DNA of 59,185 nt. Origin: Pseudomonadota bacterium. GTDB lineage: Bacteria > Pseudomonadota > Gammaproteobacteria > Burkholderiales > Burkholderiaceae_C. Shown here one piece after another: positions 8,564 through 18,929 of this stretch (its first letter is position 1; each line of letters begins with the position of its first letter). The stretch lies in NCBI GenBank assembly GCA_021804595.1, contig JAJZHH010000001.1, positions 1-59,185 of the forward strand, in the 5' to 3' direction. The notes beneath the pieces are model-generated. The model made no database searches, was not told where the DNA came from, and saw only the letters and a program-made list of their open reading frames with translations. Made by a program: the position numbers and the translations under genes.

Positions 8564-9412
8564 ATGGACACCCGACGCACCGCGCCGCTGTTCGCGCTCG
8601 GCGCCATCGCGCTGTGGGCCAGCCTGGCCACGCTGGTCGTGCAACTGCCGCAGGTGCCGCCGCTGCTGCTGACCGGACTGGCGCTGGTGCTGGGCAGCGT
8701 GCCGGCGTGGCCGTGGGCGCGCGCCTGGCGCGTGCGGCCGAAAGCGCTGGCGCTGGGCGTCGGCGGTCTGTTCGGCTACCACTTCCTGCTGTTCCTCGGC
8801 CTGCGTCACGCGCCGGCGGTGCAGGCCAATCTGGTCAATTACCTGTGGCCGCTGCTGATGGTGCTCGGCGCACCGCTGCTGCTGCCCGGCACGCGGCTCA
8901 AGCCGCTGCACGTGGTCGCCGCGCTGCTCGGCTTCGGCGGCGCCGCGCTGGCCATCCTCGGCGGCCACGCGCTGCACGGCGGTCTGGCCTGGGGCTATCT
9001 GCCGGCGTTCGGCGCCGCGCTGTGCTGGGCGGGTTTTTCGCTGGGCAGCCGCCGCCTGCTGCTGCGCGGCCAGGGCTTCGCCACGCCGGCGTTGGGGCTG
9101 TTCGCGCTGCTGTCGGGTCTGCTGGCGCTGCTCAGCCACGCGCTGCTCGAGCCGGCGGCGACGCTGGACGCGGCCGACTGGACGCGCATCGCACTGCTCG
9201 GCGCCGGCCCGCTGGGCGCGTCGTTCTACCTCTGGGACCACGCGCTCAAGCACGGCGACGCACGCACCATCGGCGTGCTCAGCTACCTGACGCCGCTGGC
9301 GTCGACGACGCTGCTGGTGCTCGCCACCGGGCATGCGTTCAGCTGGAATCTGATCGCCGCTGCGCTGCTGATCGTCGGCGCCGCGCTGCTGGCGATGATC
9401 GCGTCGCGCTGA
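8564..9412 (+). CDS. DMT/EamA family transporter
   Basis: About ten hydrophobic segments, ANLVNYLWPL and LSYLTPL motifs. Confidence 0.85.
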   Translation: MDTRRTAPLFALGAIALWASLATLVVQLPQVPPLLLTGLALVLGSVPAWPWARAWRVRPKALALGVGGLFGYHFLLFLGLRHAPAVQANLVNYLWPLLMVLGAPLLLPGTRLKPLHVVAALLGFGGAALAILGGHALHGGLAWGYLPAFGAALCWAGFSLGSRRLLLRGQGFATPALGLFALLSGLLALLSHALLEPAATLDAADWTRIALLGAGPLGASFYLWDHALKHGDARTIGVLSYLTPLASTTLLVLATGHAFSWNLIAAALLIVGAALLAMIASR

Positions 9413-9433
9413 GCGGCGAAGCGCAGCGGCGCG

Positions 9434-9964
9434 TCAGCGTGCGCGCAAGGCGCCGAGAGCGGGCAGGAACACTTCGGTGACCCAGACCGCGGCGCCGCGG
9501 TGGACGAAGGCCGAGCGGCGCGCCCACAGTTCGGTGTCGGCGGCCAGCCCGGCGGCGCGGCACGCGGCGCGCTGCAACGCGTCGCCCGGGCGCAGCCGGC
9601 GCACGCGGATCGGCGTGCGCCGCACGCCGGCGCGGGCGAACACCGCGTCGCCGAGCGGGCGCCCGCCCAAGCCACGCAGCAAGCGCCACGAATCGTGCAG
9701 CACATTGCGTGCGGCGACGCTGCGCGCGTACACCACCGGCTGACCGTCGGCCAGCAGCAGCACTTCACGCCGCCACAGCCGCGGCGCGCCGCAATCGGGG
9801 TCGTCGGGCCGGGCCGGGCCAGGCCCATGGCTCAGGCGCCGCAGCCCGAATTGCCCGCAGTGCGCGCGCAGCCTCGCGGTCAAGGAGCCGCACTCGGCCA
9901 GCCACGGCGCGATGCCGCTGCGCGCCGCCAGCGGGCGCAGCGGCCGCCAGCCGCCGCCGATCAC
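9434..9964 (-). CDS. ubiC: Chorismate pyruvate-lyase
   Basis: WL...GSLTARLR, REVLL..DGQP.V.ARSV, LG.RPLG..F, WARRS, VTEVFLP; GTG overlaps the dsbC stop. Confidence 0.85.
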   Translation of the reverse strand: MIGGGWRPLRPLAARSGIAPWLAECGSLTARLRAHCGQFGLRRLSHGPGPARPDDPDCGAPRLWRREVLLLADGQPVVYARSVAARNVLHDSWRLLRGLGGRPLGDAVFARAGVRRTPIRVRRLRPGDALQRAACRAAGLAADTELWARRSAFVHRGAAVWVTEVFLPALGALRAR

Positions 9965-10674
9965 TTCGCGGCCATCGCCCGGGTGATCGCCGCGGCGTCG
10001 ACCGCGCCGGAAATGCGTGTACCGTTCTGCAGGAACATCGTCGGCGTGCTCTCGATGCCCAGGCGCTGGCCCAGCGCGAGGTTGGCCTGCAGCGCCTCGG
10101 CCTTGCAGTCGGCGGCGGCCGGCGTCGGCGCCTTCTGGTGATCCATCCAGTCGGTCCACGCGCGACCGCGGTCGGCGCTGCACCAGATGTCACGCGCGCG
10201 CGCCGGCGAATCGGGCCGGATCACCGGGAACAGGAACACGTGCACGGTCATGTTGCCCATCGCCTCGAGCGTCTTCTCGAGACGGTGGCAATACGGGCAG
10301 TAGGGATCCTCGAACACCGCAACCTGGCGCTCGCCGTGGCCGTAGACGATCTTGAACGAGTCCTTGAACGGCAGGTCCTTCCACGGAAAGCGCTGCAGTT
10401 CGGCGACGCGCTGCTTGGTCACGTTGACCCCGGTGCGGGTGTCGAGAATCTCGCCGGCGAACAGGTAGCGCCCGGTCGAATCGGCGTAGAACACGTGGTC
10501 GCCGAAGTCGATCTCATACAGCCCCGAATACGGCGTTTTCACGATGCGGGCGTCGGCCGGCATGCTCGGCATGGCCTTGTGCAGCGCTGCGCGCAGCCCG
10601 GAAAGATTGTCCGCATGCGCCGTGGCACCGAATGCCAAAAGGCAAATTGCCGCAAAAATGGAACGAAATTTCAT
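9961..10674 (-). CDS. dsbC: Disulfide isomerase DsbC
   Basis: Signal peptide, TPYSGLYE dimerisation domain, FEDPYCPYC active site, TPT cis-Pro loop. Confidence 0.9.
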   Translation of the reverse strand: MKFRSIFAAICLLAFGATAHADNLSGLRAALHKAMPSMPADARIVKTPYSGLYEIDFGDHVFYADSTGRYLFAGEILDTRTGVNVTKQRVAELQRFPWKDLPFKDSFKIVYGHGERQVAVFEDPYCPYCHRLEKTLEAMGNMTVHVFLFPVIRPDSPARARDIWCSADRGRAWTDWMDHQKAPTPAAADCKAEALQANLALGQRLGIESTPTMFLQNGTRISGAVDAAAITRAMAAK

Positions 10675-10713
10675 GAAATCTCCGTCAACAGCACGCATCG
10701 AAAGTAAATCGGT

Positions 10714-11904
10714 TCATCCCAGCACGTTCGCGCCGGAAGCATACGCCGCCAGCCAGCGCTTCAGCGGCGACAAATGGTCGGTGGCGGCCAGGCCGAGCGC
10801 GCGCAGCGGCGCCAGCCACGGCAGCGCGTACAGGCGCTGCAGCCCGTCGGTGGCCAGCTCCAGCGCCAGCACCTGTTCGGCGCGCGCGCGCGCGTAACGC
10901 CGCAACAGGCGCGCGTCGCCGGCCGCCGCCGCACCGCGCGCGGCCAGCACCGCGGCCAGCGCCTGCACGTCCTGCAGCCCCAGGTTCAGGCCGTGGCCGG
11001 CCAGCGGGTGGACGACGTGGCCGGCGTCGCCGAGCAGCGCCACACCGGCGCCGGCCAGGCTGTGCGCGCGCTGCAGCAGCAGCGGCCAGGCGCCGACCGC
11101 GCCGGCCGCGTGCAGCGCACTCAGACGCTGCGCACGCAAGCGCGGCAATTCGCGCTGCACGCGCGCGGCCAGCGCCTGCGCATCGGCCTGTGCGTCGCGC
11201 TGCAGTTCGGCGGCCAGCACGTCGGGCGCCGACCAGACCAGCGACACGTGGCGTTGCGGCAGCGGCAGCAGCGCGATCACACCGTCGACGCCGAAGGCCT
11301 GATAGGCGGCGTCGCCGTGGTCGCCGTCGATGCGGAAATTGGCCACCACCGCGGTCTGCCCATAAGGGCGGCTGCGCTGGCCGATTCCGGCCCACTGCCG
11401 CACGCGGCTGGCGCGGCCGTCGGCGCCGAGCAGCAGCGCGCAGGAGGCCGCACCGCCGCCGTCGAGCTCGAGCCGCCAGCCGTCGTCGATGCGGCGCGCG
11501 GCGCCGACGCGACGCGGGTCGGCGTCGACGCCGCGCTCGAAGCGCAGCGCCAGATCGAGCGCGCGCTCGACCGCGTCGGCCTCGGCGATCCACGCCAGTG
11601 CGTCGACACCCTGGGCCGCGGCGTCGAAATCGAGCGCGGCGCCGTCGCCGCCGATGTGCATCGCCGCCACCGGCTGCACGCGCGACGCCGGCAGCTGGTC
11701 CCACACGCGCAGGCGCTGCAGCAGCGCGCGCGACGCGGCGTTGAAAGCGTAGATGCGCTGCGCGAAGCCGGCGTCGGGCAGCTCGGCGGCGGCGCTGGCG
11801 CCGCACAGGCGCACGCGCAGCCCGGCCTGGGCCAGCGCCAGCGCCGCGGCCTTGCCGACCAGCCCGCCGCCGACCACGGCGGCATCGGTCATCGCTTCGC
11901 TCAT
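10714..11904 (-). CDS. UbiH/UbiF/VisC family FAD-dependent hydroxylase
   Basis: VVGGGLVG, LLGADGRASRVR, LLGDAGHVVHPLAGHGLNLGLQD. Confidence 0.9.
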   Translation of the reverse strand: MSEAMTDAAVVGGGLVGKAAALALAQAGLRVRLCGASAAAELPDAGFAQRIYAFNAASRALLQRLRVWDQLPASRVQPVAAMHIGGDGAALDFDAAAQGVDALAWIAEADAVERALDLALRFERGVDADPRRVGAARRIDDGWRLELDGGGAASCALLLGADGRASRVRQWAGIGQRSRPYGQTAVVANFRIDGDHGDAAYQAFGVDGVIALLPLPQRHVSLVWSAPDVLAAELQRDAQADAQALAARVQRELPRLRAQRLSALHAAGAVGAWPLLLQRAHSLAGAGVALLGDAGHVVHPLAGHGLNLGLQDVQALAAVLAARGAAAAGDARLLRRYARARAEQVLALELATDGLQRLYALPWLAPLRALGLAATDHLSPLKRWLAAYASGANVLG

Positions 11905-11971
11905 CTGCTCGGAACGCGGTTCGGGAAAAGCGCTATTGTGCGCCAGCCGCGGCGCCGCGGCGTGCGTCTCG

Positions 11972-12673
11972 TCAAAGCCCGAAATAGGTCTCGCGCACCG
12001 CGTCGCTGGCCTCGAGTTCGGCACGCGCACCCGACACCCGCACACGGCCGTGGTCGATCAGATAGCCGCGGTCAGCCAGCTCGAGGAAAGCGACGTTCTG
12101 CTCGGCGATGAGCAGCGCGGTGCCGTCGCCGATCGAGCTGCCGAGCACGTCGATGACCTGCTTGACGAACACCGGCGCCAGCCCCGACGACGGCTCGTCC
12201 ATCAGCAGCAGCCGCGGCTGCGCCACCAGCACCTTGGCGATGCCCAGCATCTTGCGCTGCCCGCCCGACAGCGACGCGGCCGGCTGGCGGCGCTTGGCGG
12301 CGAGGTCGGGAAACAGCGCGAACAGCGCGTCGCGCCGGCGACGCACTTGCGCCTCGGGCAGGAAGTAGCCGCCGAGCGCGATGTTCTCGTCGATGCTCAG
12401 CGTCGGGAACACGCCGAGCTCGGACATGAACGCGATGCCGCGGCGGATGCGCTGGTCCGGCGCCAGCGCGTCGATGCGCTCGCCGTCGAACGCGATGCTG
12501 CCGCCGCGGCACGGCAGCAGCCCGATCAGCGTGCGCAGCAGCGTCGTCTTGCCGGCGCTGTTGGCGCCCAGCAGCAGCACGGTCTCGCCGGCGGCGACGT
12601 CGAGGTCGATGCCCCACAGGATCTGCAGCGGCCCGTAGCCGGCTTCGACGCCACGCACTTCGAGCAGAGCCAC
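11972..12673 (-). CDS. Branched-chain-type ABC ATPase (LivF-like)
   Basis: Walker A GANSAGKT, LSGGQ, LLLMDEPSSGLAP. Confidence 0.9.
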   Translation of the reverse strand: MALLEVRGVEAGYGPLQILWGIDLDVAAGETVLLLGANSAGKTTLLRTLIGLLPCRGGSIAFDGERIDALAPDQRIRRGIAFMSELGVFPTLSIDENIALGGYFLPEAQVRRRRDALFALFPDLAAKRRQPAASLSGGQRKMLGIAKVLVAQPRLLLMDEPSSGLAPVFVKQVIDVLGSSIGDGTALLIAEQNVAFLELADRGYLIDHGRVRVSGARAELEASDAVRETYFGL

Positions 12674-12676
12674 GCG

Positions 12677-13381
12677 TCAACCTCCGATGAACGCCGCGAC
12701 GACTTCCGGGTCGCGCGCCGCGGCGGCCAGCGTGCCCTCGAACAGCATGCGTCCGGCGCCGAGCACGATGACGCGCTCGGTGATGCGGCCGAGGAACTCG
12801 AGCAGGTGCTCGACGACGATCAGCGCGATGCCGCGCGCGGCCAGCCGCCGCAGCAATTCGGCGATCGCGCCGAGCTCGGCCGGGTTCAACCCGGCGCCGA
12901 TCTCGTCGACCAGCAGCAGCTTCGGCCGCGTCGCCAGCGCGCGGCCGAGGTCGAGCAGCTTCTGCTGGTTCGCGGTCAGCGAGCCGGCGCTGCGCCGGGC
13001 GACGTCGCGCAGGCCGATTTCGTCGAGCACCGCGTCGACCGTGTCCAGCGGCGCGTGCGCGGCCAGCGCGGCGACTTCGACGTTGTCGCGCACGCTCATG
13101 TCGCGGAACACCTTCGGCACCTGGAAGGTGCGGTTGAGGCCGAGGTGGGCGCGGCGGTGCATGGCCAGCGCGTTGATCGGCGCGCCGTTGAAGGTGATGG
13201 TGCCGGCGTCGGCGCGCAGCAGGCCCGAGATCACGTTGATCGTCGTCGTCTTGCCCGAACCGTTGGGGCCGACGAGGCCGACGATCTCGCCGGCGGCGAC
13301 GTCGAACGACAGCTTGTCGAGCACGACCTGGCCGCCGAAGTGCTTGTGCACCTCGTGCAGCCGCAGCAGTTCAGAAGACAT
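12677..13381 (-). CDS. Branched-chain-type ABC ATPase (LivG-like)
   Basis: GPNGSGKTT, RTFQ, LLLVDEIGAGL, VEH. Confidence 0.9.
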   Translation of the reverse strand: MSSELLRLHEVHKHFGGQVVLDKLSFDVAAGEIVGLVGPNGSGKTTTINVISGLLRADAGTITFNGAPINALAMHRRAHLGLNRTFQVPKVFRDMSVRDNVEVAALAAHAPLDTVDAVLDEIGLRDVARRSAGSLTANQQKLLDLGRALATRPKLLLVDEIGAGLNPAELGAIAELLRRLAARGIALIVVEHLLEFLGRITERVIVLGAGRMLFEGTLAAAARDPEVVAAFIGG

Positions 13382-14306
13382 CGATCCCCCGCCGCGTGAA
13401 CAGCGACAGCACGCCGCCGGGCAGGAACAGCACCAGCAGCACGATCAGCGCGCCGTAGACGAGCTGGAAGTACTGCGGCGTCGACACGCCGATCACCGCG
13501 TACAGCGTGTACAGCACCGCGGCGCCGATGACCGGACCGAGCACGGTGCCGACGCCGCCGAACAGTGCGAAGACGATCGCGAACACCGAGATCTGCAGCG
13601 TGAACACGGCGTCGGGGTAGAACACTGACAGGTTCCACGCGTAGACGCCGCCGATCAGGCCCGCCGCCAGCGCCGACAGCAGCCACACCAGCAGGCGCAG
13701 CCAGACCACGTCGAGCCCGGCCATCGCCGCGCTGACCGGGTCCTGCTTCATCGCGCGCAGCTTCAGCCCGAAGCGCGACGCGCGGAAATACGCCGCCAGC
13801 GCGCAGGTCGCCAGGAGCACCGCGAGCATCGTCAGATAGCTGGCGTCGGGCGCGTAGACGCGCTCGATCTTCAGCCCGTAGGGGCCGCCGGTGAGGTCGG
13901 CCAGGTTGGGGTTGGAAACGACGAAGAACAGGATCTGCGACGCCGCCAGGCTGGCGATCGAGAAGTACGCGCCCGACAGCCGCAGCAGCGGCCCCAGCAG
14001 CAGCGCCATCAAGGCCGCCGCGAGCCCGCCGCCGAGCACGCACAGCAGCACCGGAAGCGACGTGTGCAGCACCAGCAGCGACGTCGCGTAGGCGCCGCAG
14101 CCGAAGAAGCCGACGTAGCCGAACGGCAGATAGCCGGTGAAGCCGTACAGCAGGTTGAGCCCCTGCGCCAGCGCGACGAAGGTCATCAGCGTGAACAGCA
14201 GCGACTGGTTGCTGTACAGGTGCGGCAGCAGCAGGAAGCCGGCGGCGACCAGCGCCAGCGCGATCAGGCCGGCGCGCAGGCCGCGCAGATGGGACGCGTC
14301 ACGCAA
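13371..14306 (-). CDS. Branched-chain-type ABC permease (LivM-like)
   Basis: NLLYGFTGYLPFG, LRLSGAYFSIASL, GG.GT..GPVIGA; TTG start overlapping the upstream stop. Confidence 0.88.
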   Translation of the reverse strand: MRDASHLRGLRAGLIALALVAAGFLLLPHLYSNQSLLFTLMTFVALAQGLNLLYGFTGYLPFGYVGFFGCGAYATSLLVLHTSLPVLLCVLGGGLAAALMALLLGPLLRLSGAYFSIASLAASQILFFVVSNPNLADLTGGPYGLKIERVYAPDASYLTMLAVLLATCALAAYFRASRFGLKLRAMKQDPVSAAMAGLDVVWLRLLVWLLSALAAGLIGGVYAWNLSVFYPDAVFTLQISVFAIVFALFGGVGTVLGPVIGAAVLYTLYAVIGVSTPQYFQLVYGALIVLLVLFLPGGVLSLFTRRGIDVF

Positions 14307-15180
14307 GGCGCACCGCCTTTCCGAACAGGCCGGTCGGTCTGACCAGCACGATGACCAGCAGCAGCGCATAAGGCACCACGTTCGACCAGCTGGCGTAATA
14401 GGTCTGCATCAGCATCGTGCCCAGGCCGAACACCAGCCCGCCGACGACCGTGGCCAGCGGGTTGCCCAGCGCGCCGATGATGACGATGGCGAACGCGGTC
14501 GTCGTCAGGCCGCCGCCCATGTCGGGCGAAACCGAGCCGAGCAGATAGGGCACGAACACGCCGGCGACGCCGGCCAGCGCCAGCCCGGCGACGAAGGCGA
14601 TCGCCGACACGCGGCGCACGTCGATGCCGGTGGCCAGCGCCTCGTCGCGATTGGCCATCACCGCGCGCGTCGCGTAGCCCAGCCGGGTGCGCGTGAAGTA
14701 CAGCCACAGCAGCACCATCGCGGCGACGCTGAACGCCGCCGCCCACCACCAGCTGTCGGGGAACTGCTGGCCGAGCACGCCGATGTTGCCGCTGCCCAGC
14801 GCGTCGTCGGGCAGCGAGCGCTGGTCGGCGCCGAACGCGAACACGGTCAGCGCCTCGAGGATCTGGCCGACGCCGAAGAACAGGATGAACGACAGCATCT
14901 CGGGGTCGGCGCTGCGCTGCAGCCGCGGCACCACGCCGCGGTACAGCGGCCAGCCGACGACGACCGCACCGAGCGCCGCGAGCGCCGCGCCCCACAGCGG
15001 GTTCAAGCCCCAGCGGCTGCTCAGCAGCCATGCGCCGTAGCCGCCGAGGACGATGAACTGGCCGTGCGCGAGGTTGATGATGCGCATCACGCCAAAAACG
15101 AGGTTCAGCCCGATGCCGATCAGGCTGAAGAAAATCCCGTAAAGAATTCCGCCGATGACGGCGTACTCGAACAGCTCCAA
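14299..15180 (-). CDS. Branched-chain-type ABC permease (LivH-like)
   Basis: GLNLVFGVMRIINLAHG, RT..G.A.RAV, LVRPTGLFG. Confidence 0.9.
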   Translation of the reverse strand: MELFEYAVIGGILYGIFFSLIGIGLNLVFGVMRIINLAHGQFIVLGGYGAWLLSSRWGLNPLWGAALAALGAVVVGWPLYRGVVPRLQRSADPEMLSFILFFGVGQILEALTVFAFGADQRSLPDDALGSGNIGVLGQQFPDSWWWAAAFSVAAMVLLWLYFTRTRLGYATRAVMANRDEALATGIDVRRVSAIAFVAGLALAGVAGVFVPYLLGSVSPDMGGGLTTTAFAIVIIGALGNPLATVVGGLVFGLGTMLMQTYYASWSNVVPYALLLVIVLVRPTGLFGKAVRLA

Positions 15181-15297
15181 GCGACCTCCGCACGGCGGCT
15201 GAGCGCGCGCCGGGGGCGCGCCCTCAGGTCCTCAGGACATCAGCACCTCACGACGTCAAGCGACGACGGTTCCGGGAACATCCCGGATCCGCCGCGC

Positions 15298-16536
15298 TCA
15301 CGACTTCGGCGCCGGGTAGACGGCCTTGCCGGTGGCCTTGTCGTCGGGGTAGACGACGACCGGCACGACCTGGTCGCCCTTGGGCACCAGCTGCGCGACC
15401 GGCAGCAGCTGGCCGAGCTGGGCGCCGTTGGCGTTGATCCTGAACTCGCCGAGCAGCGTCGTCGTCTTGCCCGACACGTCCATCAGCGCCTGGTGGAACG
15501 CCAGCTGGGTGAAGGTCGGCGCGGTGTCGAGCATGTGCTGCATCATCAAGCCGGTGTTGTAGCCGGCGGCGTCGAGGAAGTTCGGCTCCTTGTTCGCGGC
15601 GGCCTTGAACGCGTCGACGAACTGCGTCGTGTTCATGCCGTAGCTGACCTTGTCGTAGCGCACCAGCGGCGGCGTCGGGTAGGTGTAGGTGTAGGCCAGC
15701 GCCTTGGCGCCGACGTTCTTCGTGATCAGGCCGAGCAGCTGGCCCGGGAAGATCGTGAACGTCATGTTGAAGTGCAGCCCGCTTTGCGACAGCGCCTTCA
15801 GGAACGCGATGTCGTTCGGCGGGTAGCCGAACTCGATCAGCGCATCCGGGTGCGTGGCCGCCGCGGTGTGCAGCAGCACCGTGTAGTTCGATTCGGTGGT
15901 CGGCACGCCGTGGTAGAACACCGGCGTGACGCCGCCCTTGGCCAGCACCGATTTCAGCGTTTCGGCCTGCGAGGCGTCGAAGTCGTTGGCGCCGTAAAGC
16001 ACCGCGACACGCTTGATGTGCTTGGCGCGCAGCATATTGGCCAGCGGCACCGGCCACACCGCCGACGACGGGATGCTGACGTCGGCCAGGTAATCGGTCG
16101 GCTTGGTGAAGAAATTGGCGCCCGATCCGGTCGGGTCGATCAGCAGCATCTTGTGTTCGGCGGCCAGCGGAATCGCCACCGAAGTCAGCACCGAGCCGAA
16201 ATCGGCGACCAGCACGTCGACCTTGTCCTGCGTGATCAGCTGGTTGTACAGCGTCGTCGCGGTCGACGTCGAGCTCTGGTCGTCGTAGGCGACGATCTTC
16301 ACCGGAATCTTCTTGTCGAAGGCCTTGACGAACACGCCGCCGTCCTTGTTGACCGCGGCGGCCCAGAACTTCAGTCCTTCGAGCTGGCCTTGCGAGGCCA
16401 CCGCGAACGAGCCGCTGCTCGCGTACAGCGTGCCGATCTTGATTTCGGCCGGCGCCGCCGCGGCGTGCGCCACACCCCAGGCCAGCGCGACCGCGGCCGC
16501 CGCCGACTTCAACGCCCAACGCGATTTGCCCTGCAT
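15298..16536 (-). CDS. ABC substrate-binding protein (type I periplasmic, Liv-like)
   Basis: AAGGAG RBS, signal peptide, IKIG....SG.FA, YDDQS, LITQDKVD. Confidence 0.88.
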   Translation of the reverse strand: MQGKSRWALKSAAAAVALAWGVAHAAAAPAEIKIGTLYASSGSFAVASQGQLEGLKFWAAAVNKDGGVFVKAFDKKIPVKIVAYDDQSSTSTATTLYNQLITQDKVDVLVADFGSVLTSVAIPLAAEHKMLLIDPTGSGANFFTKPTDYLADVSIPSSAVWPVPLANMLRAKHIKRVAVLYGANDFDASQAETLKSVLAKGGVTPVFYHGVPTTESNYTVLLHTAAATHPDALIEFGYPPNDIAFLKALSQSGLHFNMTFTIFPGQLLGLITKNVGAKALAYTYTYPTPPLVRYDKVSYGMNTTQFVDAFKAAANKEPNFLDAAGYNTGLMMQHMLDTAPTFTQLAFHQALMDVSGKTTTLLGEFRINANGAQLGQLLPVAQLVPKGDQVVPVVVYPDDKATGKAVYPAPKS

Positions 16537-16758
16537 CGTTTCGTCTCCTTTTATAGGTATCGGCGCGAGGCGCCGGATCTGCGGCTGATTCTCGGGCAGC
16601 GCGCCGATCGTGGTCAACGCGGGTCGACCCGTTCTTTGTGACTAATTGCAACAACCGTTAGGCCGATGGGAGTGCACCGTGCGCCTGCTGGGCAGCGGAG
16701 GGAACTTTCGCCGCCAACTGCTGTCGATCGGGAATCGAGCGTTCAAGCACCGACCACG

Positions 16759-17172
16759 ATGACTTCGCGCAGCAGCACACGGCTGCACAAGCTGTGCTCG
16801 ATCTACCGTCCGCGCCTGGCCTGGTATGCGCTGCTGGCCCTGATCGCGTGGCTGGCGCCGCCCAGCCTCGGCGCTCCAGCCACCATCGTGCTGGGGCTCA
16901 AAGTCAGCTACTGGATCTACACCTTCCCGAACTTCGAGGCGGGCGCATCGTTCAGCCTGCGCGGCGTCGGACTGTCGCCGCGCGCGATCGCGCGCCTGCA
17001 CGGCGCCGGCCTCGTCCTCGGTCTGTCGCTGATCGCACTCGGTCGCGTCGGGCGGCACGAGGCGCCGCTGTGGATCGGCAGCAGCATCATCTTTGGCGCC
17101 AGCGAAGCCGCGCTCTGGCTGCGCGAGGCCGATGGCCGCAACCGCCTGGGCACGCAACGCCAGCGCGCTTGA
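16759..17172 (+). CDS. Hypothetical membrane protein (137 aa)
   Basis: Several hydrophobic segments; similar to the convergent ORF 17202-17417. Confidence 0.55.
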   Translation: MTSRSSTRLHKLCSIYRPRLAWYALLALIAWLAPPSLGAPATIVLGLKVSYWIYTFPNFEAGASFSLRGVGLSPRAIARLHGAGLVLGLSLIALGRVGRHEAPLWIGSSIIFGASEAALWLREADGRNRLGTQRQRA

Positions 17173-17201
17173 CCGTGCCCCCGCGCGCGCCAAGCGCATG
17201 C

Positions 17202-17417
17202 TCAGGGCTGGGTCGTGCGGTGGCGCTCAAGCTGGAAGCGCCCGTTCGACTCATGCGCCAGCAGCGCGCAGTCGGCGCCCGCCGACAAGCACAGGTACCA
17301 GCGCAGCGAGCGCACGAGCGCTTGAGGGTCGACGGTGACGAGCAGCGACAGCGCCAGGTACCAGAGCATGCGTCGACGATGGATCGACCAAACGGTTTTG
17401 GCTTTGTACGCAAACAT
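17202..17417 (-). CDS. Hypothetical small membrane protein (71 aa)
   Basis: Shares N- and C-terminal motifs with 16759-17172. Confidence 0.45.
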   Translation of the reverse strand: MFAYKAKTVWSIHRRRMLWYLALSLLVTVDPQALVRSLRWYLCLSAGADCALLAHESNGRFQLERHRTTQP

Positions 17418-17698
17418 GTCGCGGCTCGAAACGGTCGATCAATGCTGATTCTGATTCGAATGATCGAGGAGTGACCGACGACGATCGTTGTCGGTGATGA
17501 ACAGGGCCCGCAGTCGAGTTCGCGCACCCAGCTCGCTCTGGCGCGCCCGCACGGGAAAGTTCCGTTCCGCGTCGATCACTACAATCCGGGGACCTCGATA
17601 CTCGGTAGAACCAGCACGGAATCCTCGCCCTCGCCGCTCCCGGCTGCCCGTGCGCCGGTCGATCGCTGCTGGCCCGGGCCGTGCCAAAAAGGAAACCC

Positions 17699-18790
<1,092 letters not shown>

Positions 18791-18851
18791 TGCGCGGGCG
18801 GTCTCCCGCCGAACAGGCCATGGCCGGTGGCGCAGCCCCTGCCGTGCTTTT

Positions 18852-18929
18852 TTCACCGCATGCAGTGCGGCAATTAGCGGGCCTCTGCGGCGAATAAGGC
18901 GCACAATCGCCGCATGAATAGCGGTGATT
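18852..18929. promoter_or_regulatory. Cluster of inverted (T)TC[A/G]CCGCA-type half-sites at the Fic start (putative autorepression operators)
   Basis: TTCACCGCA-N5-TGCGGCAA, TGCGGCGAAT, AATCGCCGC-N7-GCGGTGATT. Confidence 0.5.

Noticed and set aside
12540-12575. Walker A GANSAGKT as an inactivating change
   Set aside because: Still fits GxxxxGKT; the signature and Walker B are intact
16537-16758. Riboswitch or sigma54 promoter upstream of the ABC binding protein
   Set aside because: No recognisable aptamer, and the GG/GC spacing does not fit -24/-12
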